NCBI GenBank assembly: GCA_010909165.1
Contig: VJWM01000116.1
Span: 1-64,000, forward strand
Length of the DNA stretch: 64,000 bases
Source of the DNA: Anthoceros angustus
Taxonomy: Eukaryota; Plantae; Anthocerotophyta
Reading direction: 5' to 3'
A program made the translations under genes and the position numbers. Positions within the stretch are counted from its first letter, which is position 1, and every line of letters starts with the position of its first letter. Below, piece by piece: positions 36,731 to 47,415 of the stretch. The notes under the pieces are model-generated. The model did no database searches, had not been told where the DNA came from, and was given only the letters and a program-made list of their open reading frames with translations.

Positions 36731-38129
36731 CAAATACTAGACCCAACCAGGAAGAAACCATCAGCTCTAAAAATGACAGATAAAGAAGATTGAAACACTG
36801 ATCATTTTCGGGCACCTGTGAGAATGTGAGCTGATGATAAGGATGGCCGAGGATAAGCAGCTAATAATCCTTATTAGGTAGTCAGAATTTTGGTTCCCTT
36901 CCTGACTGAAAAATCCCAGCTTTCCTTGCTAAGTATTGGGTATGGGGAGATTTCACTGGATGATCCATAACAAAAGTTGGTCGGATCAAAGTTTTTCCAC
37001 AGCAGCTTCAAAGTCCTGATTTTATATAGCAGGCAATCAAGCTACACTCACAACATATTTAACAGAGTGAGGAATGCATGTGACACATTGAACAATGTAC
37101 TGAACAGACCATGTCTGAGCACAGCTCACCTCATTCAAGACGTGCCCAACTGCTGATGGACAATGACCAAGGGCTTGTTAGTCTCCAAGAGGTGGACTGC
37201 TAATGCACAAACTTCTCAACGTGCTCCTCGGCAAGGATCATCATATCATTGTAATCCGCATACGCCTGATAGATCGGTTTGCAAGAAGAGAGGGACATGC
37301 GAGGAGGTGACTCTCAGTCAATGTCAGGCATCCATAAGCGCCAAAGCTGACCTTCTCCGCTTGGAGTATTGCTGACAATTTTGGGAACATGCACTACTAC
37401 AGCAGTGTTGCCAAAACTCTGTTCACAGCAGTCAAGTAACTCAGTGGGTACTGGACCAATTGAGAACCAAAGTGGCCAATCAAGAGCAAAGATGTGGTGC
37501 GATTTCCCGACCTCTATGTAGGTGTATTCTGGGTTGTGCTGAGTGGATATGCCCTCATTGCGGAAAATCCGTCCTATCTCATAAACCCTTCAAACCCTGC
37601 TACCTGCGAACCACCGGATACATGAGCTGGCTGTTCATGAAGAAACAACGGTACTGCACCCATGTGTCAAACGATGTCTTACCACCATTCCGCCTGGAGA
37701 AGTTCATGTGGTATGCTCGGTTGGGTGCTTGGGGAAGGAGCAGGAAGCATAATCCAGCATAAATCCATCGAAATCCAGTCTGGCAGGAGAGGTTAAATGT
37801 GTGAATTGGGTGCAACATAGAAGCTAGTTGTGGTTGAATTCAGAAATAGCTTTACAGCCATCAGGTTCAACCGCTTCTGGGTGCTTTACTCCACTCTTCC
37901 ACCACGGTGCTAGCATTCTCCTCTTGAGCCATGACCCCGTGCTTCCTACAGTTGTGATACCGCTGATAAACGGCTTGTCTCCAAAGGAACCTAACCATTT
38001 AACTTTGGAAGCCCAGCAACTCTCATCCCGAGAAACCGAATCACATGTCGTCCATGTCCTGAGTGTATTTATCCTCGTTTTGCAACTTTAAATTGCCTCT
38101 TGACCGAGCTTGTCGAAATAGCCATGGCT

Positions 38130-38790
38130 AAAGAGAGGACAAAGACGCTGCATCATCTCTTGAGTGGGCAGCAACTAACTTCATTTTGCACAATCTCACT
38201 ACCTCCGTCAGGTTCTCATACGTACCACGGTACCGTCCACGTGCTAACCTTGTGATGCTCGTAGCCTCATCATCTATCTGCTCGAGCATTCCCTCTGTAC
38301 AACTACCAAGCCTCCCGTGCAATCAGGCTCTGCCTGCTCCATAGTGTCCTGCTGCACACATGAATGAAGCTCCATGACTCCGAAACAAAATCCACCTAGC
38401 GCTCCTAGGGGTTCAGACAACCACGCTGATCTCCATTTCGACCCTGTATCAACACCACAACATGTGAACGAGGACCACATAAGGAGGAATCCTCACAATT
38501 TAATCCACCATACCAAGAACCCGTTTTCTCAAAACACAGCATTCACAACAACCCAGTTGATGAAGTAAAACCAGTGTTCTTGTTGTATGACCCACCTTCA
38601 GGAGCACCATCTCCTCAGCTCAGTCATACCCGACACACCTAGCCAGGCGTAAATTGACCAATGCGGACTGGCATCTTCAAACGTGAGCTAAATGTGACAC
38701 AGCGCGCACTTGAATGCAACACCTGCCAATGTGAGCTCCACCACCCTGCTCCAATCTGAAGATACAAGAGACACCAAAATATCAGACCTG
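38130..38790 (-). pseudogene. Decayed copy of the 5' part (exon 2, intron 2, start of exon 3) of the nuclear matR-like gene
   Basis: EQIDDEATSITRLARG...YENLTEVVRLCKMKLVAA aligns with DQMDDEAVRMARLPRG...YENLMEVVRLCKMEVVAA; DNA is collinear with ~49140-49770. Confidence 0.85.
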
Positions 38791-40162
38791 GACAAGGGGC
38801 CCGTGCTGGAGAACGTCATGCATGCCCAGACAACCACACCTCCAGGGAAGCAGCCTCACCACCTCACCACACTGTTCCCTGGGCTAGGCTCTATTCAAAT
38901 TCGTCGTGCACAGGGAAATTACCTGCCCTATTTCGTAAAAATCGAGAATGGGCAGGCAGTCCGTTTGGCTGGAAACCTAAACGGTCAGGGAACGCCGTTT
39001 GCCGTTTGCCTTGGTCTCGAGGCAGTTCCTGTGCTGCGAGGGGGGAATCCGTAACAGCGGCCCGTATCAGAGTCTTTGCAGGCGTTCCATCTGATCGGTA
39101 GCAGAAGCGGCGAAAGCAAGAGGAAAAGATGCCAGGGACGGTGACATGAGCGTGAGGGACGTGAGAAGCAGGATTCCAGAGGAATCCTGCCCGGCTTCAG
39201 TAGGGAATTCCTGGCTGATGCGTAGAGCCTGAACTCTTGAGAGCCCAGTAGACGAGCTCTTGGAGAACCAGGGGCGCTGGCATTGTGCTGGTGGAGCGTG
39301 AAATCCGGCTTCGGAACTGGGCAACGGGGAAAGGGCTGCAGCGACTCTCCTCCGCCGACCGCGATCTTCCCGCGCTGGTTTCTACATGGTGTGAAGGTGT
39401 GCAGACCTGGTGACAGACGGCCGTTTCGACAGCGTATATCTCACAACCCATCCATGAATGTTTTCCAACTCTAGACTCTAGCCAGTACTCTCCAGCTCTC
39501 TGACTCATGAAGATAACGTGTCGCGTCGTCTGGCCTGTTGCAGAACACAATCGTGGCTCCCCAGCTCCAAAGACGTGGCTGCAGGACCCTTCAACATTGC
39601 TGTGGAGAAGGTACGAGAGAGTCGGGCGGGAGCGGGAGTCTCCTCTGCTCCTGCTCCAGGCCGCCGCTGCCAGAGGGAGCCTTCCTTCGTCAGCAGGTTC
39701 CCCAAGTTTTGAAAACGTCAAGTTAAAAGGAACTGGACGGACAGCTGAGGTTGCTTTTAAGCAGGGGTTCCTTGAAACTTTTCTGCAAAACTTCTGGTTT
39801 TGCTTTCATGACACGGTCAGGATTCTTGTCACTGAGCAATCCTGATGTTGTTGAGACGGTGTTTCTGTACTGGGTGTGGAAGGGGCTTTCACGTGGTCTC
39901 CAAAGTTTGTGTTTGATGATTTTATAAGCTGGATCTTGTGGGTCTGGCTTCCATGGAGAACTGGTATTTCGACACTTCTTTGAAGGAAGTTCATGTGAAC
40001 TCCACGTTTTGGGTGCATTGAGGAAGGATGGGAAACATATTCGCGAAATCCAACCTGACAAAAGAGGTTAAATGTGTGGACTGAGTGCACCAAGAACACA
40101 TGAACGGGTCGGGTCATGTCCTTTGCTAGGCGGGCTCTCCCCATCATCATCTTTTCCCTTAA

Positions 40163-43100
40163 CAAAGAAGAACAGCTCAGCATGAACGCTAGTTGTGGTA
40201 GAAATCAGATTCAGGTTTACAACGTCGGATGCTTGCAACTGGGGAAGGAGGGCGGCGAGAACAAACCAGCGAACCAGCGTACACGCCTGGATGCAATCTG
40301 CCGGCTGGCCCCGGGCGGCGTTGTGCAACGGGTATGCGGACTCGTCCCGGATTGCTACATGAATATGTAGCTAATGTACGAACGCATCTAACGGAGACAT
40401 ATATGTATATATCCTGGCGCTGTGGGCGAGTGCGAAATGCCCCTTGAGCCGTCCAGGAAGCTTCGAAACTTCGGCATCAGAAGGCCAGGGCCCAGGACCC
40501 TGTGACCCACTTTGCATCCGGCTCGGGCTTGTCCCACTGGCTTCAGCTGGAAATTTCCGCTGCGATGCGTCAGCTGTCCTTGCAGACTCCTGGCCTCCCA
40601 ACCTCCTGCCCTCGTTCCCTATTCCCTCGGACCTATAAAGGGAACCCACAGCCATCCCTAGAAGCTCACTTCCTCTCTTCCCTCGCCAGCTCCTGCTTGA
40701 CCTCTTGAGGCCCCTGCTCCTGCTTGACCTCTTGAGGCCCCCAGCTCCTGCTTGACTCTTGAGCTCTTGCCCCAGCTCCTGCTTGACCCCTTGAGCTCTT
40801 GCCCTCGGCTCTTGCTTCAGCTCTCATCGTCGCTTGACTCTTGAGCTCTTGCCCCAGCTCCTGCTTGACCCCTTGAGCTCTTGCCCTCGGCTCTTGCTTC
40901 AGCTCTCATCGTCAGTAGCTGTCTTCCTTCCCTGGCCATGTGTTCGCAGCAGCAACGCTCTTCCTGCGGTAGCGTGATGCACGAGGATGATGCCGTTTGG
41001 TCCGACTTATGGAACTGGCGTGTATGAAACTCGTGCTGAAGAGAGCCGTGCATATATGGTGCGCGCAAGGTATCGCTAGCGCTATTGGACCCGATGAACG
41101 TGGAGGGTCCTTCCCTCTTCTGCATTGAGGTGGCACACAACGAGTTCAACTCATTGTTGTTGCTGTGTGGCCACGTAGCCTCGTTCTCGTTGTTTAAGTT
41201 GTCTGGCCATGGTGCCTCCTTGTAGTTGTTGTGGTGTGGCTATAGAACCTCGTAGTTGTTGTTGTGGTGTGGCTATGGAGTCTCGTTGTTGTTGTTGTGT
41301 GGCTATGGAGTCTCCATGGTGTTGTTGTCTGGCCATGGAGCCTCATTGCTTTTGTTCTCTGGCCGTGGAGCCTCATTGCTTTTGTTCTCTGGCCATGGAG
41401 CCTCATTGCTTTTGTTCTCTGGCCATGGAGCTGCTCTTGCCTCTTCTCAATCCCTCCGCCTTCACCCCATGTTTCTCGGGATGTATACCCCATCCCGGTT
41501 GCAAGCTGCAGGAACTTCGCCATGGCTCCCAGCTGGATCCCTCCATCATCATCCCCAACCTTGCCGGCATGGCGGAGGAGGCGCTACGGGTGGACGAGGA
41601 TGCCAATGTGTTCCACTCCTAGTTTGGCCACCTGCCTGCCTGGAGGCGCCTGGTCGGGAGCCACGCCGACCTCCACATCCGCTGCGCTGCCGGCAAGGTA
41701 ATCAACCAACGCAAACTCCCTTTGCTCATCATCTTAATGCGCTATGCGAGTGTGGTCTTGATAACTCCCATCATTCCAGCAGCTTGTTTGCTTGCAATTG
41801 CTTGCAGAATGCCACAAGCTTGGTTTGCAAGCACCTTGGCTGATGTATCCTTATACGCATGCATGTGCAGGCCATGAGGTCGCGGGACATGTCACTGGCC
41901 ACCGGTACCACCCACATCGACGGGGCCGGAATACCGGGTGCACCTTCGTGATGTCCTACCGCGTGACGCAGCCTGGAGCTTGAGCCTACACAGTCAGAGG
42001 TTAGCCTACGGTTTCCCTTGGTACCCCGGCTGGCCGCCCTTTGTATCCCCGCGCGCTGATCATTCGACTACTGCCTGTAGGTTTTAACCCTCTGAGGAGG
42101 CCGCCATCGCTCACGCCATGGCCATCTTCGTGCAGCGGACGGGCCAGCGGCGACTGGTGACGGTGATGGACGTGTGCGGGCCAAAGGTGGTTGACGTCTT
42201 GCTGCTCCTCTGCTTCGGGAGGATGCTGGGCACCCGGCCGGGGCAGCATCGATCCAAGTACGGGCGGTGCTGGAGGCCGCACGCTGGGCATGAAGCCGTC
42301 TGGCTTAGCTCCCTCGGATGGGTTCTTGGATGAGCTCGGCAGCAGCATGTTCCCCTGCGGCCATATCAAGGTCGTGAAGCTCTCATGCTGCGGCAGTTGT
42401 GATCCTCATGTTGGTCATTGCCCGCATTGTACGGAGCTTCTTCTAATGGAAGCACCCTGGTGAATGAGCGCCTAGGTCCTGCTCAGCTTTCCTGTCCGAG
42501 CTGGAGGAAGACGCCACCATCGGTAGCGATTACTTGTGGACGTGGTTTGTGCTAGCTGCGATGCTGCTGGCTGTTGTTGTGGTGCAGAGCACGGGCGTGC
42601 TGAAGTGGCTGCTCCAACGGCCCCATGGTTGTGCCCCAGCGCCTCCCTGCCTGCCGCTTGCGCCCATCACCTTTACGTCATCGGCCTGGTGACGCAACCC
42701 AACAGCCTAGATTACAGAGTATATGCCCCTGGCGGGCCTCTTCCCTAGGCACTGAGTGAGTATCTATGTAGGAGACTTCAGGACGAAGCTCAGGACCTGC
42801 TCCTGCTCCTGATTATGCATGTATGCACATACATACACGGGAGATCTCCAGGAGCTCGGTAGTCTAGATTTGTCTTTGTTACAGGCCATATATCTAGTTT
42901 ATGGATAGTGAATTCTAAGGTTACGACACTTCAAGTGTAGTCGGAGACTGTGGAACGGGACTCCACACATGTACCCTATTGCACACATGAGTCTGTATTG
43001 CACACATATGATGTTAGCATCTAGACACTGGACAGCACCGCTCATGGTTTACTCACACATGTACTCCTGACTACCTAATGAGGATTATTAGCTGCTTATC

Positions 43101-43660
43101 CTCGGCCATCCTTATCATCAGCTCACATTCTCACAGGTGACAAGCAGAGGACTCCTAGATGACATACTGCTTGGCACCTGCGTTGCGGACATGAACAAAA
43201 TGTGGCGAACTGGAAGATGCACGCCGAGCTTTTGACTGCTTGGTCGCTTTAAAGGGTGTGGTCAGACATTCCATTGCTGGATATGCAAACCATGAGCGGT
43301 GCTGTGCAGTGTCTAGATGCTAACATCATGCAACCATGCTAAACATGGGAAACCTAATGAGGCCATACAACTGAACCTTCAAATACGTACGTCAGGGGTG
43401 AATTAAGCGGGCGAGCCCGCGTTTGCAGCTGCTCTTCAAGCTGGCGCTTTTTCGGCCTACTTGGAGTCTGGCAGGAAAGTGCACTGCGATGTGTTGCACA
43501 GTTTCTCGTAACTTGTTTCTCGTCACCTGCCTCGTGGAAATCACCGTATGCCGAAATGTGGCGAACTGGGACTGCAACAAATACCAGATCCAACCAGGAA
43601 GAAACCATCAGCTTTAAAAAATGACAGATAAAGAAGATTGAAACACTGATCATTTTTGGG
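40163..43660 (+). repeat. Segmental duplication copy 2
   Basis: Near-identical to 33299-36790. Confidence 0.95.
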
Positions 43661-44464
43661 CACCACCCTAAATGTGAGCTGATGATAAGGATGAGCTTGT
43701 GGATAGGAAACTGAGGGAAGGTGACGTCGCATACGTGGTTCCCTGTTTCCATGCCCACGGCGTTCAGGCTGGCGATCGCGATGAAGGCTTGGAATGGGTC
43801 AGCAATTCTACACCACTGACCATAGTGCGTGTGATTCAGAGTCCGCTTAGCTCGCACAAAGATGAACTTGGATCTTATCTGATCCCGTCAACTGACTGAA
43901 CGTCTGCATTTGCAGGCCCCTTAATTGTTGAGGCTCTTGCAGGCAGGACCTCAGACGTGTCTCAAGGGCATGGGTGCAGCACCTTTCGACATTGATGTGG
44001 AGCAGGTACAAGAGAGTCGTGCGGGAGCGGGAGGCTCTTTTGCTCCAGCTCCAGCTCCACGCCGCCGCCGCCAGAGGGAGCCTTCCTTGGTCAGGAGGTG
44101 AATTCCTCCAAGTTTTGAAAAGGTTGAGTTAAAAAGGAACCTCCACTGCTGAGGTGGCTTTCAAGGAAGGGGGGGATAATTGAAACGTTTTCTGGTTTTT
44201 GCTTTCACGACGAGCAGGATTCATGTCACTGAGCAATCCCGATGTTGTTTCATGAGAAGCCTACAGTTGGAGCTGTAGGATCATTCTCTGTCGCTGCTCA
44301 CCAGAAACTTCTAGTGGGGGCCCCATCAGGTAGGTTCAACAGCTTCTGCCATGTGCTAAAGTCAACTTGTTCCTCCATGGTGCTAACATTCTCCTCGTGA
44401 GGAGTGATTCCTACAGCCGCGCTACAGCTGATGAGCAAACAGCTGCCTCTAATGGAAACCTAGG

Positions 44465-45130
44465 AAATGGGGCTGTCTGGTGGGCATGTATGCCAAGTGT
44501 GAGAGCTTAGAGGATGCCTTTGATACCTCTATGCCGTCATGCATCACCATGGAGTCATGCATCACCATGGAGTCCCGGCTGCTGATCATGTTCCATTCGC
44601 CTGTCTCTGCAAGGTATGTGCTAGCTTTGGAGCATTGCAGACGGGGCATCAGTTTCATGCTCTGGTGATCGAGAGAGGGGTTTGGAAGCGGATGTTGTTG
44701 TGGGCACCTGCGTGGTGAACATGTATGCAAAATGCCGGAGCTTAGACGATGCCCGCAGATTGTTTGAAAGTCTGCCCACGAAGAGCTCGGTGACACGGAA
44801 TGCAGTTGTTGCAGACTAATACGGTCAGCACGGGATGACTCAGGAGGCTTTCCTGTGCTACCACCAAATGCTGATGGCAAGCATCCACCCGAATGAAGGC
44901 ACCTTCCTTTCACCTGCTGGCATGATATGGGAAGGTCTCAATTGCTTGAATCCATGGACAGATCACGGGATAGCTCAACAATCTGAGCACTATGCTTGTA
45001 TCTTAGATCTCCAAGGGCATGTTGGACGCTTGACACTGACCAGAGGAAGAGCTCTTGTGGAAGCATGCCAATGGAGCCTCATGTCAAGTACGTCAGTTCA
45101 TGTACCGAATTTGCAAGTGAACTTGATATG
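44465..45130 (+). pseudogene. PLS-class PPR pseudogene (C-terminal repeats)
   Basis: LVGMYAKCESLEDA, EAFLCYHQMLMASIHPNEGTF, HGI...EHYACILDL.GHVGRL. Confidence 0.8.
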
Positions 45131-45306
45131 ACATTGAATAACGCGTGAGATGGGTGAATTGGATGGTTAAGATATGGGGGTTTCACCAGAGCGATTCATG
45201 TCCAAATCCCGGCACGGAATGCATGACCAAGTTAAAAGACTTTTCACACGGCCAGCCATTTTCACATTCCAGCTCTTCTACCCCATAGGTCTCTCTTGCC
45301 AGGCTT

Positions 45307-45746
45307 TCAGTTCTTTCCTTGCTGCATGCAACGCCTGCCCTCCCGACTGCGCTTGCACTCTCTGCGCTCGTTGTGGATCACTGGGAGCTTAAGCTTGTCC
45401 TTGGCAGACTGCCTCTTACCGCACGTCATCAGCTGCCTCCAACAGCGCTCACGCACTCGTTCTGTGCGCCCGTTGCGTTTCAATTGACGCTTGTCCGTGG
45501 CCTCTTGCTTCTTCAATGTGGCCTCCGCCAACTTGGCCGAGCACTAGAGGTGTTAGGCGACCCGAGGCAGTCCGGCTACCGCCCTGGCGAGGGCGAGCGC
45601 CCTCTCCCACTCCTGTCTGCCTTCCAAGATCATCAGCGAGACTTCCAAGACCTCTACAACGTCTTCCTGCTCTTCTAGCCTCTCTGCCACCTCCTTGTTG
45701 GACATCGGCTTAAGATTCGCAGCCAGTCCACCCTCCGCTTCCGCCA
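45307..45746 (-). pseudogene. Decayed coiled-coil-type ORF with telo-box (45844-45860) and site II (TGGGCC, 45891) motifs upstream
   Basis: MAEAEGG...EERLEEQE-like helical ORF broken by stops; promoter-type motifs upstream. Confidence 0.35.
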
Positions 45747-45914
45747 TTCCGGTTTCGTTGCCAAGGCTCGAAGGGAAATGCAACACCGACTCCAAAACGA
45801 TTGAAAATTTGAATGGATACCCCGCACGAAAAAGCGGGAGCGCGTTTAGGGTTTAGGGTTCAGGGAGGGAATGAGAGAGTGATAGAGAGGTGGGCCCAAT
45901 ATGTTCCTCCTGAA

Positions 45915-46110
45915 CAAGAAGAAGAAGAATTTTATTGAAGTCCACTAAGGACGGATTTCCGTCATGGGACTTGGTACTTAACAACTTGTATCATGGTGTG
46001 CCTAAGCTACTTGCACCAAGGCATCCACTCCCTTTACACACCCCATCTAAGTACCCATATCAGCTCAGGATGCTGCTTAATCACGACTTATAAATGTGTG
46101 TCCATTTAGC
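45915..46110 (-). mobile_element. SINE/LINE-type 3' end with a terminal stem-loop, AATAAA and (TTC)n tail
   Basis: Reverse complement of the element at 52730-53068. Confidence 0.7.
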
Positions 46111-46440
46111 CTAAGCCATTTGGACACACATTTAGGACTTGTGGAGGTTCAGCCTCTCCCCAAGTCAGTTCAGTTCAGTGTCGAGAGTGGAGGCAAAGCT
46201 GCTGGTCCGTTTTGGATTCTGCTGCTGCTGAGTCAAGAAAATTCAAGTCCTTGACAGTTTTTCAGCTTGACAGGCAGGAAATTTTTGCAGCAGTACTTCT
46301 TGAGGACTTGTGGAGGTTCCGCCTGTTTCCATGTCAGTTTGTACAAGTGTCTGCAGTCAGTTCGGCATGAGGCAAAGGGGCTGGTCCCTTTTGAGTTCTG
46401 CTGCTGCCGAGTTAGTTAACTCCAAAGGGTGATGAAGCTT

Positions 46441-47179
46441 GGGTATCTTAGCGTTGCACAATATCCTCTGAGCACGTTTCGAACAAGCTGAAGCGACTAG
46501 AGTTTTTAGCATAGTTGTGACTACTAGGTACATTATTTGAGCACGTCGATGAGGGGTCTAGGCGCCCAAACTCGTGCCCGCTACCCATGCCAAATTCCAT
46601 GTGTGGAAACGCTCCTCATCAAATGTGCTGCAGCAGGAACAGTAAACTCCCAATAATTGACGATACAGATGCGGCAATGCAGTAAATATAGATGGCATAA
46701 GTCCACTTAAAACCGGGCTCCTAGCACGGAATTCTCTCTTCTAGCAGTCACGCTCCCCGAGAAGGAATCCTCATGAAGAACATGCAAAACTGGAAGTCTC
46801 CAGCCTCCTCACGTGCGTGAGAATTCCCTTGAGAGATTCCCTTCGTCAACGAGATGTGTCTGCTAGAAAGGAAAACCTCTACCTCCTGGTAAACAAGGCG
46901 GTAAGTGTGCCATTCAAACGTCTCCTCCTTGCACGGAATGGTCCCTACCAAGAGTTCAAAATCTTCTAGCTATGACGTTCCCCTAGAAAGGAAAGCCTCA
47001 TGAAGGACATGCAGCACTGGAAGTATCTTAACGTCAGACTTTTTCCTTTCTAGACGACAGATCTCGTACACGAAGGGAATTCTCAGAGGTTTGGAGAGAA
47101 GTAGCCACAGCTCCGCTCAAAATTCTAGTAGCTTCAGCTCGCTCGAATGAGCACAGTGGATACTGAAGCTACGATACCC
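46441..47179. repeat. Foldback/MITE-like segment with ~85-bp imperfect inverted arms and internal inverted and direct repeats
   Basis: GGGTATCTTAGC...TGTGACTACT (46441-46525) vs the reverse complement of 47100-47179; inner IR at 46831-46875 / 47041-47084; no TSD seen. Confidence 0.6.
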
Positions 47180-47415
47180 AATTCCAGCATCACCCTACAG
47201 ACACGAAACAAGCTTTTGTCACATAGCCGTAGGTAGGGAGAGCTTGGCCGCTTTCTCCTAGACTACACACAGCCGGAGGGAGTCAGGAAAAACCAACCTG
47301 AATGGTGCACATCTCATCAGTTCAGAGGGTTCGGGCAGCACCTCGATGATCCAGAGCAAGAAGAGCTGACTCTTTCCACCCTTCTTCTAGACCATCAGGT
47401 ACGGTAAGGTACCCT

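Larger units (their letters stand above)
33299..36790 (+). repeat. Segmental duplication copy 1 (near-identical to 40163-43660)
   Basis: Collinear and almost identical over ~3.5 kb, offset ~6.85 kb. Confidence 0.95.

Noticed and set aside
45844-45860. Interstitial telomere
   Set aside because: Only about two TTTAGGG units; better explained as a telo-box
47180-47415. Group II intron domain V/VI after the maturase (recent NUMT or mobile intron)
   Set aside because: No GAGCCG...GAAA...CGGTTC-type hairpin; the gene has spliceosomal introns and nuclear neighbours
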